From Nanobdellota archaeon (lineage in GTDB: Archaea > Nanobdellota > Nanobdellia > Woesearchaeales > GW2011-AR9): a DNA stretch of 27,116 nucleotides. The notes beneath the pieces were generated by a model. That model did not search any database. It was not told the origin of the DNA and saw nothing but the letters and a program-made list of their open reading frames with translations. The stretch's first letter is position 1. Each line of letters opens with the position of its first letter. Shown one piece after another: positions 1 to 9,385 of the stretch. The stretch is taken from NCBI GenBank assembly GCA_038046465.1, contig JBBSWB010000050.1:1-27116 (forward strand). The letters are read 5' to 3'. The translations under genes and the position numbers were made by a program.

Positions 1-162
1 ATAAACTCTTTCTTTGTTGGAACATATGTGCTCTAAGTTATGCAGTTATCTATATTAAAGAAATAAATCCTTTTAAAGTTTGTGATAGATTAAATCATTA
101 AGGACAGTTTAATCGGATAAAAAAAATGAAAAACAATTTTAGCAGAAAATTATTCTTAAACG

Positions 163-1461
163 TTATTTTACAAAAGTAATTTTCTTGACTTTTTCCTGTA
201 CGTAATCGCTCTTTAACAAATGGTTAACAAAATCATTTAGCTTAGCGTGTTCTATTTTTACTTTAGCCATAATCCGGCCTTTCTCTTCGAAAGTAGTTTT
301 ATTTTTCTTTTTGAAATCAGCTACGTATTCTTTCATCGTTAATGGCGGACCGGAACGGATTTCGAATTGGGGCAGTTCTTTGCTAGCAAGAATAAAATAC
401 ATTACTGCTTTTTTATTGGTATCCCATTCCCAGCCAGATTTCTTAATTACAAAAGGCTTTAATTCCGTTTCCAAATAGTTGAACACTTTAAGCAGCTTCA
501 TTCCGACTACATCTATTTTTCCGGCAACTGGAATTGCTTGTAAAAAAACAAGGTTGCTTGCATCTTTGGGGTTGCTTGCATCTTTAGTTTTGTTTTTATC
601 CGCTTCTTTCTTTAAATCGGTGAGAGTAACTGTTTTTTTTTCAAAGAATTTAAGTTCTGGTTTTTTTAGGTATTCTTTAGCTAATTTTTTGAATTGATTA
701 AATTTATCTATCGATAAAGCCGCAGCAGCATTTCTGCTTTGGTCTACTGGATCAACAATAATTAAAGGTGACTGTAATTTAGATTTATTAATGTTAAACA
801 ACGCTTCTTTTCCAGAATAAAATTTGGAAGGATCAATAATCTCTTTCAAATTCCATTTTGGGGCTGCTGCTAATAGCGCTTTAAATGAGCCGTAGTAGAT
901 AGTCAAAATTTCTAATATATAACCGCTAAAACCACCGATATAAGACTCTGCTCCGTATAAACCATTAGCTTTACAGAATTGTTTGGCTAATCTAATGTCA
1001 TCTTTTACCGTTTTGCCTTGCTTATTGACCCATTGTGAGTGCAAATGTGAAACATCAGTAATGTTTACAGCTTGCTTAGATTTAGTTATAGCTAAGATAG
1101 GAACCACTTCAAAACTTAATTGTTGAAAAATTAATTGAAAATAATCCCTGCTGCCATGTAACCGCTCTAATTTTAGATTAGGAAAAGCTTTTTTGAGTGA
1201 AGGTTCTAACAGATTAGCTAATTGCTCGGATTGGTCGATAAATTTTTTATAATCAAATAAAACAAAAACATCTACATCATAATTTCCGGAAAGCCAGGTA
1301 TCTTTAGCCCCGCTTCCCCCCAAAATAGCTTGAGCATTTTTAAGCTGGGAGTTTAATTTTAGTAAAAAAGAAGTAACTATAGCTTTAAATTGGCTTTGTT
1401 CCTCTTTATTTGGCTTAATTTTGGAAAATACTTCTGTTATGATTAGATCGTCCGTTACCAT
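163..1461 (-). CDS. cca: CCA-adding enzyme (tRNA nucleotidyltransferase, archaeal class I)
   Basis: 432-aa ORF. GGSGAKDTWLSGNYDVDVFVLF (pol-beta nucleotidyltransferase G-S plus DxD), RLAKQFCKANGLYGAESYIGGFSGYILEIL and IVDPVDQSRNAAAALS match the archaeal CCA-adding enzyme pattern (compare the A. fulgidus enzyme). A TATA-like box lies about 28 nt upstream of the ATG. Confidence 0.9.
   Translation of the reverse strand: MVTDDLIITEVFSKIKPNKEEQSQFKAIVTSFLLKLNSQLKNAQAILGGSGAKDTWLSGNYDVDVFVLFDYKKFIDQSEQLANLLEPSLKKAFPNLKLERLHGSRDYFQLIFQQLSFEVVPILAITKSKQAVNITDVSHLHSQWVNKQGKTVKDDIRLAKQFCKANGLYGAESYIGGFSGYILEILTIYYGSFKALLAAAPKWNLKEIIDPSKFYSGKEALFNINKSKLQSPLIIVDPVDQSRNAAAALSIDKFNQFKKLAKEYLKKPELKFFEKKTVTLTDLKKEADKNKTKDASNPKDASNLVFLQAIPVAGKIDVVGMKLLKVFNYLETELKPFVIKKSGWEWDTNKKAVMYFILASKELPQFEIRSGPPLTMKEYVADFKKKNKTTFEEKGRIMAKVKIEHAKLNDFVNHLLKSDYVQEKVKKITFVK
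552..585 (-). repeat. In-frame 18-bp tandem duplication inside cca (encodes KDASNP/KDASNL)
   Basis: ggttgcttgcatcttt occurs at 552-567 and again at 570-585, a period of 18 nt or 6 codons. The protein reads KDASNPKDASNL. Confidence 0.8.
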
Positions 1462-1483
1462 TCTTATTTCTAAAAAGAAGCGG

Positions 1484-1531
1484 ATTATATAAATTTATTT
1501 ACAATGGGGGGTAACACAATTTTTTAAATAT
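1484..1531. promoter_or_regulatory. Divergent promoter region with two TATA-like boxes (cca and the zinc-ribbon gene)
   Basis: tatataaa at 1486-1493 is centred about 28 nt from the cca ATG (1461, minus strand). tttaaata at 1523-1530 is centred about 25 nt from the ATG at 1552. This spacing is typical of archaeal leaderless transcripts. Assignment is by sequence pattern only. Confidence 0.35.
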
Positions 1532-1551
1532 GCTTGCATCTCTTACTAGAA

Positions 1552-1842
1552 ATGGCTGTTTTAATTGTAAAAGTAAAATGTTTTCATTGTAATAAAGAAG
1601 TAGCTAAAGCACAATCCTTGCCGATTAAATCCATAAATAATGGAGAAAGATACAGCTGTTTTGATTGTTTTAAAAAAAACAAAACTCCGGCCTGGGGATT
1701 TGGAGATAAAGTTCCTCTTAAAAGAGAATTATATTGCGAACGGTGTAATTATTATTTTGCTTCTAAAATAAAATCCTGCCCTTACTGTAATAAAGCGGAT
1801 TTAGTCTCAGAAGCAAATGTTTCTATTAATGATCTGTTGTAA
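1552..1842 (+). CDS. Small double zinc-ribbon protein, function unknown
   Basis: Four CxxC pairs: CFHC...CFDC and CERC...CPYC. The track ORF starts at TTG 1534, but ATG 1552 is preferred because of the TATA-like box about 25 nt upstream. Confidence 0.6.
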   Translation: MAVLIVKVKCFHCNKEVAKAQSLPIKSINNGERYSCFDCFKKNKTPAWGFGDKVPLKRELYCERCNYYFASKIKSCPYCNKADLVSEANVSINDLL

Positions 1843-1952
1843 AGAATAAAACAGTTTAATTTTGTTGCATCCCTTAAGGTGATTTTAGTAACTTGCGTTC
1901 TATCAAAACGTTTTAGAAACATTTATTTACTAGCATCATTATATTGTATACT

Positions 1953-2348
1953 ATGATTAGGTGGATTAATCTTAAATTATCTGAATTTAAATATACTAGT
2001 AAATTTTATGTAGGGGTGGTGTTAATCATCAGCAGTTTTCTCCTGGCCAAATTAGTCCTTGCCACCTTTGTCATTTATTTTAATTATCCTTTGATTAGAT
2101 GGCTGTCAATTATTATTTATGTTCTGACCTGGCCCATGCTGTTTATTGGCGTATGGTGGGTGGGAAAAGAATATGCTAATGCTTTACATCGCTACTTTTC
2201 TTATCATTTTTATCACCAGTCATTAAAAGAAGGAACCAGGACCGCTTATAATAAAACTAAAGAGAAAACTAAAGAAATCCATTCTAATGTTAAAAGAAAA
2301 TTTGCTGAAAAATCCGCTAAATGGCCTAGAAAAAAGCAAAGTATATAA
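1953..2348 (+). CDS. Small membrane protein (two hydrophobic helices, basic C-terminal tail), function unknown
   Basis: Hydrophobic segments VGVVLIISSFLLAKLVLATFVIYF and LSIIIYVLTWPMLFIGVWWV are followed by a Lys-rich tail. The start is uncertain (TTG 1944 or ATG 1953). Confidence 0.55.
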   Translation: MIRWINLKLSEFKYTSKFYVGVVLIISSFLLAKLVLATFVIYFNYPLIRWLSIIIYVLTWPMLFIGVWWVGKEYANALHRYFSYHFYHQSLKEGTRTAYNKTKEKTKEIHSNVKRKFAEKSAKWPRKKQSI

Positions 2349-2394
2349 GCAAGTTAACCTCTCAACTTAAAAAACATTGGGGGTGGCCAATAAA

Positions 2395-2850
2395 ATGAGA
2401 AAATATTTGTGTGTGTCTTTACTAATTCTGGTGCTAGCATTAGCAGTTGGCTGTACAGAAAAAGTTAACTCAGATGCTGCTTTGCCGGTAGTTGGTGAAG
2501 CAAGTGAACCTGCAGCAGAAGCGGAAAGCGAACCAGAAACAGTTGTAGAAGAAGCAGTTGTTGAAGAACCTGTAAAAGAAGGAATACAGATAATTGGTTC
2601 TGATGGATTTAGTCCAGAAAAACTTACTGTTAAAGTTGGAGATACGGTGGTCTTTACTAACAAAGCTCTTCCTGCTGACAAAGTTAAGGATGCCGTTTTG
2701 GTAATTCAAAATACCCAAACTAAACAGACTAAAACTCCGGGCAAGATTTTCTACGGAGCGAGTTACGAACACACGTTTGACAAAGCAGGAACTTATTCCG
2801 TTTGGACTGTTGCTTATGCAGCAGTCAAAGGAACTGTGATTGTAGAATAA
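2395..2850 (+). CDS. Secreted lipoprotein with a cupredoxin-like C-terminal domain lacking copper ligands
   Basis: A GGGGGTGG SD lies 8 nt upstream of ATG 2395. The signal peptide plus lipobox is MRKYLCVSLLILVLALAVGC. An acidic E/A/P/V linker follows. The C-terminal beta-rich domain (KLTVKVGDTVVFTN...GTYSVWTVAYAAVKGTVIVE) resembles the plastocyanin/amicyanin-like fold, but I saw no C..H..M ligand set. Confidence 0.6.
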   Translation: MRKYLCVSLLILVLALAVGCTEKVNSDAALPVVGEASEPAAEAESEPETVVEEAVVEEPVKEGIQIIGSDGFSPEKLTVKVGDTVVFTNKALPADKVKDAVLVIQNTQTKQTKTPGKIFYGASYEHTFDKAGTYSVWTVAYAAVKGTVIVE

Positions 2851-2984
2851 AAAATTTAATTCGTTCTTTTTTTTATTTTTATCTTTATTTAAATGGTTAT
2901 TTTCTTTATTATTGGCAGCATATTTCTTATTTACTTTTATAATGTAATTAAACAATGTACTGGCCTAGAAAAATATAATCTACT

Positions 2985-5900
2985 CTAAACTACCTTAAAA
3001 GTAAATTTGTTTACCAGACCTATAGATAGTTCTTTTACAGTTAAGGTCCAAGAACCTTTAGGTGCATTTTCTCCTAATAAGATTGGTAATGTATATTGCC
3101 CATCCCCTGCTGTGGCGGCATAGCGGGAGTAAGCGTGTTTCTTTCCAAAGGGATCAACAATTTCGATTTGGATTGGGAATATAGCCTTAATATTATAACC
3201 ATAAACACTATTAACACTGATCTTAATTGGAGTTAATTGGTTGCCATTAATAATTGCTTTAATTGCTGCCGATCGGATAGCGGTAACTGAAGGTATGTCA
3301 ATATTGACAAAATTTGGTTCAGCTCGATAAAATGCAATTAATTTTCCTTTTAATCTAGGGATAGAAATATCAAAGGTTACTTTTTGCCCGTCATACGTTG
3401 ACGGTAATTTCTTCCCACTGATTACATCGACCACAATCACTTCTGAGGGCACAGCTACACTTACGGTAGCAGTATTCTGCCCGGAATAAATATTTTGGCT
3501 AGTTAAATAACCAATTTGTTTTTGATTAATATCTTGGTTAACTGTTCCATCGCTATTGATTAAATCCTTACCCAACTTCTTGCCAATAACTGTATTAGCT
3601 ACCTCTACATATTCCTGTTTGGTATGTACATCCACTAACCACAGATATTTTGCGTCTCCGCCTTTATATTTTTTGTAAATAATCGTGTCGGAACTAATTT
3701 TAACTTCTGGAGTTACAAATTGATCCATAGCAGTACGAATCTCTTGCAGGTGCGCAGGATCAGCGTAATCTTGTGAATAATCGGGGTAAGCACACCCGCC
3801 CCATTTCACAAATTCCACTCCGGCATTCTTAACATTATTCCCAGTTAATCCTAGGTTAGAAGCAGCAGCTCCGCCTTCCAAAGTACCTGCATCAACAATG
3901 ACTGGAATATTTGAAGCTTGTAAGATATCAAATACATCTTGGCGTAGCCAGTTAACTCTGGATAAGACCACTGCATCATACTCTTTTAAACGTCCAGCTA
4001 AGATTTCTTCTTCGGCCACTGGTTCAACGTCAACGCCAGCTAATAATAGATTATCATAGGAGCACTGAGCAGCGGTTTGAGAGTAATCCCGATCATAACT
4101 TGCCTGAGTAAAAGGCACCAACAATCCTACTTTTCTTGTTTCTGGCTGAATTGCAGTAAACAAAGAACCAAATTTCTGAGCTACTGGACCAGTAACGTCT
4201 TTGGTCACTTTCCAGAATTCTGGACTAACTGCATTACCCCATGGTTGAGGAGTATCCATCCAATATTCAATTCCATCCACACCAGCTGCCATCAACAAGT
4301 AAAAAGTATTCCAAATATATGATTCTTCAGGCCAGTAGGCTTCGGGCATTACATACATCGGTAAATCCCGATTACCCATCCGACCAATTTCCGTCCAATA
4401 TAAATAACCCAGCATCGGGCGTGAATAAGACAAATACATATAATAAGAAAGCATATTAAACCCATTTTTACCAAAGTTGTAAGGGGGATAATGCCCACCA
4501 TCTGTATAAAATAAAGGCAACCCCATCCCGCCGGGAATTGGACCAATTTTTGCATTCGAATTGGCTTCTACTACTCCTTGCGTAACTGCTTTGTTGTATT
4601 CACCCAATACATCTTTGCTTAAGAAACGATTCCAAGCTAACCAAGTATTATTTACGGGAACAGCTCCAGCTTTACTTTGAGAGGGAAAAGGCGTAGGGTA
4701 AAGATCATAGCGGTATACTTTTAGTTCATTTCCTTCCTCTCTAATTTCAAAAGTAAAGTGGGTGCTTTTGATTCTCCATTTATTATTTTCAAATTTTTCT
4801 ATTGGTAAATCAGGTAACTCCATTTCCATTTCTTTGGATTTATCAATAATTATTTTAGCAAGAGCTCCCGGTTTATTTAATTCTGTAGGCAAATAAGGTT
4901 TAAATTCTAAACCCATATTAAACTTATAAACGGGATTGAATTCAGTTGGGCGGGGAGCAGTTAAACCAGTTAACTGTTTAAACCGTTCTTTATTTCTCGT
5001 TGCCCAATCCCAGCCACCATGAATACTAAAATCGTCGCTGGTAACAATTCGCGGGAAAAAGGATGGAAATTGGCTTACTCTTTTTACGATAGAAGACATT
5101 TCTATACCTGCTTTAACCCAAACCGTTTCATCTGAAAGACCTTCGCCAAGGTATCCTGCCCATTGCAATCCATTAGCATCTATCTTGGGAGTTAATAAGG
5201 CTAAAGCACCGTGCGGAATCAATCGCATCATAAAAGGCGCCCCTTCATCTAAAGTAGCATCAGCAACAGCAGCGGGTGGTTCTGTAGCCCGATAAAATAA
5301 AGGGCTAAGATAAGAAGATTCTAATTTTTTTAATCGCTCATAAGCCGCTGTACGAGTAGTATCTGCAGTGGTTCCAATTCCATAAAAGAAATCAGGTTCT
5401 GGTTTTAATCTTAATCCGATAACATGTTCTACTGAATCGATAACTTGAAAGCCAAACTGAGTATTTTTTTCCAGAGTAACTTTTAATAAATAATCCCCTA
5501 TAGCATAAGTTCCCGGATTAATGTTCATCAAAACAACTTCTGCTCGGCTGTTTGCGGAAGCAGTAACTTTCTTTTCGACTTGCTGTAGCAGTTGATTGCA
5601 ATAATATAAAGAAGCTTTAACTGTATATTCCTGATCTACATCTTTTTGATTTCTAAGAATTGCTTTAGCTTGAATCATATTTTCCCGAGTAAAATAATGT
5701 AATGCGGGTGCACCTGATTTTTCATTTACATCTTTAACTCCAGGAACTACTCCACCAGGACCAGATAAACTTTGAACTTTGGAAGCTTGTACAGCCACTT
5801 TAGTTTCTACTTCTAAAGACGTTTCCGGCAAAGCTTCGTAATCACTCTTTTTCATTACAATAATATCATCGAGCCAAACTGTTCCGGAACCGCTCTGAAA

Positions 5901-6674
5901 TAAGATACTCGGAGAAAGCACATTTCTATCAGCTGGAATCGGAATACTTGCTAATCGGTGTTCCCACTCAGGTATATTAATCGAGTTTGGATTGGTTGTA
6001 GTAAAAGGAGCCCAAAAGTAAGGTTCACTTAAAGGCGCATTAGTGCCTTCAATTTTACCAGATATCTGTAAAATAGTAAGATATGCATTTTTATTGATGA
6101 TATTTTCTCCTTTAACCCAATAAGAGATAACATATTCTGTATTTGGTTCAACGCCAACAACACCGCCGCCATAAGCTCCAGCAGTCATGCCTAGAACGCC
6201 ATGACATTTTGTTGGATCTTTAGCAGAAATCTTTAAAGAATATTTTCCACTATGTTTAACGTTACTGTCAAGTTCAAATTTAGATAACTCTTCAAAGTTA
6301 GAATACTTATAAGGTTTACCCCACCCTTGTATCCAACCTTCTGCGTCTAAGTCTTCAAAGTCTAATTTCCAAAGATATTTCTCTTTAATTTTATAAGATA
6401 AGTCTATAACGCACTGTGTATCTGCGGGTGCGTTTTCAGAAGCTACGGTTTTAGAAGCTTCAGAAGTAGCTATTTTAGAAGCAGCAACATAATTGCGTAT
6501 GGCTGTTTTAGAAGCTTTAATTGCATCTCCAACAAACGATTCTTGAGAACTTAATAAAAATACACCAAATAATAAAACAATTACCACTAAACCAATTATA
6601 CCTATTATGGCTATTTTTTTATTTTCAGCAGTAAACTTACTTTTCTGTTTAACTTTAGCTTTTTTTCGGTGCAT
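2985..6674 (-). CDS. Large membrane-anchored extracellular protein with a CBM4/9-like domain and glycoside-hydrolase-like/GH42-trimerisation-like regions
   Basis: 1229-aa ORF. A basic N-terminus is followed by one TM helix (IAIIGIIGLVVIVLLFGVFLL). A galactose-binding-like CBM pattern is present (FEDLDAEGW...SGKYSLKISA...YVISYWVKG...GTVWLDDIIV). A central segment (VGLLVPF...LLLAGVDVEPV...LKEYDAVVLSRVNWL...IPVIVDAG) resembles the GATase1-like domain of GH42 enzymes. The C-terminus is beta-rich and Ig-like. The enzymatic assignment is weak. Confidence 0.5.
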   Translation of the reverse strand: MHRKKAKVKQKSKFTAENKKIAIIGIIGLVVIVLLFGVFLLSSQESFVGDAIKASKTAIRNYVAASKIATSEASKTVASENAPADTQCVIDLSYKIKEKYLWKLDFEDLDAEGWIQGWGKPYKYSNFEELSKFELDSNVKHSGKYSLKISAKDPTKCHGVLGMTAGAYGGGVVGVEPNTEYVISYWVKGENIINKNAYLTILQISGKIEGTNAPLSEPYFWAPFTTTNPNSINIPEWEHRLASIPIPADRNVLSPSILFQSGSGTVWLDDIIVMKKSDYEALPETSLEVETKVAVQASKVQSLSGPGGVVPGVKDVNEKSGAPALHYFTRENMIQAKAILRNQKDVDQEYTVKASLYYCNQLLQQVEKKVTASANSRAEVVLMNINPGTYAIGDYLLKVTLEKNTQFGFQVIDSVEHVIGLRLKPEPDFFYGIGTTADTTRTAAYERLKKLESSYLSPLFYRATEPPAAVADATLDEGAPFMMRLIPHGALALLTPKIDANGLQWAGYLGEGLSDETVWVKAGIEMSSIVKRVSQFPSFFPRIVTSDDFSIHGGWDWATRNKERFKQLTGLTAPRPTEFNPVYKFNMGLEFKPYLPTELNKPGALAKIIIDKSKEMEMELPDLPIEKFENNKWRIKSTHFTFEIREEGNELKVYRYDLYPTPFPSQSKAGAVPVNNTWLAWNRFLSKDVLGEYNKAVTQGVVEANSNAKIGPIPGGMGLPLFYTDGGHYPPYNFGKNGFNMLSYYMYLSYSRPMLGYLYWTEIGRMGNRDLPMYVMPEAYWPEESYIWNTFYLLMAAGVDGIEYWMDTPQPWGNAVSPEFWKVTKDVTGPVAQKFGSLFTAIQPETRKVGLLVPFTQASYDRDYSQTAAQCSYDNLLLAGVDVEPVAEEEILAGRLKEYDAVVLSRVNWLRQDVFDILQASNIPVIVDAGTLEGGAAASNLGLTGNNVKNAGVEFVKWGGCAYPDYSQDYADPAHLQEIRTAMDQFVTPEVKISSDTIIYKKYKGGDAKYLWLVDVHTKQEYVEVANTVIGKKLGKDLINSDGTVNQDINQKQIGYLTSQNIYSGQNTATVSVAVPSEVIVVDVISGKKLPSTYDGQKVTFDISIPRLKGKLIAFYRAEPNFVNIDIPSVTAIRSAAIKAIINGNQLTPIKISVNSVYGYNIKAIFPIQIEIVDPFGKKHAYSRYAATAGDGQYTLPILLGENAPKGSWTLTVKELSIGLVNKFTFKVV

Positions 6675-6807
6675 CTATCTACCTTTTTTTTAGATAATAA
6701 TAATAATGTAATTAGTAATAACAGTTTAGTATTTATTTGTTTCGGATAGGTTTAATCCATATTCCCAAGTAAACATTTAAAAAAGCGCTTCTTAACTAAT
6801 TAAATCA

Positions 6808-7830
6808 GTGGTTAATAAAATAACTGTAGAAGCAGCATTTGAACTTAAAAGCACACTGTTTATAGATGCAAGAACGCCCAAAGAATACGCAGAAGACCAT
6901 CTTTTGGGAGCAGTAAATGTTCCTTTGCTATCAAATGAAGAAAGGCACGAGATTGGTTTAATTTACAAACAACAATCACGGGAAAAAGCGATTGAAAAGG
7001 GGTTAGAATTATTTCCGACCAAAATCCCTTCTATCTATAATGCAGTAAAAGATCATAAAAATAAAACTATTGTTGTTTATTGTGCTAGAGGAGGGATGCG
7101 TTCTAATATTATTGCTTCATTGTTAGAATCAGTTGGATTTAAAGTCCTGCAACTAGAAGGCGGATACAAATCTTTTCGCAATTATCTTCTTCAGCAATTA
7201 AAAGATTTCAAGATTAAACCAAAGATAATTTGTTTGTATGGGTTAACTTGTTCAGGAAAAACAGAACTGCTAAAAAAACTTCCCAATGCTTTAGATTTAG
7301 AAGGCTTAGCTCAGCATCGGGGCAGTTTATATGGAGCAATTGGCTTAACTCCCCATTCCCAGAAAAAATTTGAAAATCTGCTACTGGATCGATTAAAACA
7401 GCTTAATGAAGAAAAATATATTTTTACTGAAGGGGAAAGTAGAAAAATAGGTAATGTAGAAATTCCTGCTGTTCTCTTTACAGCTATGAAAAAAGGAATA
7501 AATGTATTAGTTACCCGCAGCATCGACCGAAGAGCTGAGGAAGCAGTGAAAGAATATTTTTCTTCTCCGGAGAATATTAAAAAGATTATTGAGATCACTC
7601 CTCAATTAAAAGAAAATATTAGCCGGGAAAATAAAGAAGAAATAGTTAAATTAATTAACGAAAAAAAATATCAAGCAGCAGTTAAAATCCTGTTAGAGAA
7701 ATATTATGATCCTTTGTACGCCCATACTTTAAAGCAGCAGAAGTATACTTTTACAATTAATAACGATGATGTCGAGAAAGCAGTGGAAGAGATAAAAAGT
7801 AGATTACCAGAATTAAAATTAAAAAAGTAA
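6808..7830 (+). CDS. selU: tRNA 2-selenouridine synthase (SelU/MnmH/YbbB), fused rhodanese + P-loop form
   Basis: GTG start. The rhodanese domain carries the active-site motif VVYCARGGMRS followed by LEGGYKSFRNY. The P-loop is GLTCSGKTELL, followed by LDLEGLAQHRGSLYG. Together these are the characteristic SelU motif set. Confidence 0.85.
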   Translation: MVNKITVEAAFELKSTLFIDARTPKEYAEDHLLGAVNVPLLSNEERHEIGLIYKQQSREKAIEKGLELFPTKIPSIYNAVKDHKNKTIVVYCARGGMRSNIIASLLESVGFKVLQLEGGYKSFRNYLLQQLKDFKIKPKIICLYGLTCSGKTELLKKLPNALDLEGLAQHRGSLYGAIGLTPHSQKKFENLLLDRLKQLNEEKYIFTEGESRKIGNVEIPAVLFTAMKKGINVLVTRSIDRRAEEAVKEYFSSPENIKKIIEITPQLKENISRENKEEIVKLINEKKYQAAVKILLEKYYDPLYAHTLKQQKYTFTINNDDVEKAVEEIKSRLPELKLKK

Positions 7831-7897
7831 ATATTCAAAAAATAGAATATTAAAAAATAAATAATTAAACCCAAATTAAATTAAAAAATAATTAAAG

Positions 7898-9385
7898 TTA
7901 ACTATTCTTGCACCTTTTCTTTCCGGCAGCTTCTGCTTCATACAAATCCTTGATTTGTTTCTCGGAAAGGGCAAAGTTATAGATCCCTACTTCATCAATC
8001 TGCCCCTTGAACGATTTTGAATCTTGCCCTTTACCGGGACCAATGTACAAACCACCGTCATTTGCGGTAACAAGGCAAGCCGAAATAGGCGCTACAGCTT
8101 TACTAGTTTCTCTAACCCCATCAACATAAATAATAATCCCTGGATTATTATAAGTAGGATTTGGGCAATAAACTCCGTCGGGGGTTACCGGATGGTATAC
8201 TACAATGACGTGGTGCCACTTATCAAAAAACTTATCTTCTTGAGAAATGAGTGTTCCAGCTTTAGTGCCCGCAGTTAATTTTACAGAGCTTTGCATCAAG
8301 GTAAATTGAAATTGGCCGCTGCCTTCTTCTAAGATTAATTCATAACCTGCCATTAAATTTGGGTTTCCTGGAGTTCCCCCCATCTTACTTAAGATTTTTC
8401 CAGGAGTAGAAGCTTTGACCCAAAGTTCAATACTGGAATCTGCATGAGTTCCAAATTCCAAGCTGTCTGCATCTGGAACATACACATACCCATTCTTAAC
8501 CGCATTAAAATTAAAGGCCTTGCCTAATTTACCAGAAGAGAAAGTAGTTCCGCTCCCAGCATTGCCATTTACACCGCCTTTAAGATCTTTAGCATCCCCA
8601 TCTGCCGGCCACCAGTGAGTTAATCCTTTTAAAGAAATGGCGCACAACTTGCAAACTTCTTTCTCGCATTCCCAGCCGCCCTCTATTTTACAATTAACAC
8701 AGCCATCTCCTTTGTTATTATTTCCGTCGTCACAGACTTCGCCACTTTCTACGACTTTATTACCGCAGACCGGGGCAGTAATTCCGCTGCACTCTTTATT
8801 ACACTTATTGGGTTTTCCATTACTCATACCCTCATCGCAGAATTCGCCCGCATGGGCAGGAATGGTTACTTTTCCTTGTTTAAAGCTTGCCCAAGAATTG
8901 GTTTGAATAATCCCATCGCCGCAAATTTCAAATTTACAGGTTTGAGAACAACCATCATTATTACTTTGTCCACCATCATCGCAATCTTCACTGGGGTTTA
9001 TATATTTGTTACCGCAAGGATTAGCTAGGGCAGGAATACAATTACCACTAATGCATTCTTTTCCTGCTCCGCAGGAAATGCTGTATCCAGTGTTTTTACA
9101 TATTTTTTTCTGTCCCATTTCATCGCAAACCCATTCCACGCAGTTATCTTTTGCCTGCTGCATGCTTTTGGCGATGCTTAAGACGTTTTTTTGAGCATAC
9201 TTATTATATAGAGCCATTCCGGCCACAGCTTCATTTTCTATTCCGCTTTCTTCAACGACCGCATTTAATTCTTCTCCTGATAATCCATCTAATTCCGTTT
9301 TTATATTTTCTTCAGAAGAAACACAACCGGTTAAGAACAGCAAAACTGTTAACAAAATTAATAATCCCAAAATCCTATTATTCAT
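7898..9385 (-). CDS. Secreted lipoprotein with cysteine-rich CDDGN repeats and a LamG/concanavalin-A-like lectin domain
   Basis: A GAGGTG SD lies 6 nt before ATG 9385 (the track start at 9406 is an upstream extension). The signal peptide plus lipobox is MNNRILGLLILLTVLLFLTGC. Cys-rich repeats are present: CGNKYINPSEDCDDGGQSNNDGCSQTC and CGNKVVESGEVCDDGNNNKGDGCVNC. A Laminin_G_3-like pattern is also present (LTHWWPADGDAKD...SIELWVK...WHHVIVVY...IYVDGV...FKGQIDEVGIYNFALS). Confidence 0.8.
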   Translation of the reverse strand: MNNRILGLLILLTVLLFLTGCVSSEENIKTELDGLSGEELNAVVEESGIENEAVAGMALYNKYAQKNVLSIAKSMQQAKDNCVEWVCDEMGQKKICKNTGYSISCGAGKECISGNCIPALANPCGNKYINPSEDCDDGGQSNNDGCSQTCKFEICGDGIIQTNSWASFKQGKVTIPAHAGEFCDEGMSNGKPNKCNKECSGITAPVCGNKVVESGEVCDDGNNNKGDGCVNCKIEGGWECEKEVCKLCAISLKGLTHWWPADGDAKDLKGGVNGNAGSGTTFSSGKLGKAFNFNAVKNGYVYVPDADSLEFGTHADSSIELWVKASTPGKILSKMGGTPGNPNLMAGYELILEEGSGQFQFTLMQSSVKLTAGTKAGTLISQEDKFFDKWHHVIVVYHPVTPDGVYCPNPTYNNPGIIIYVDGVRETSKAVAPISACLVTANDGGLYIGPGKGQDSKSFKGQIDEVGIYNFALSEKQIKDLYEAEAAGKKRCKNS

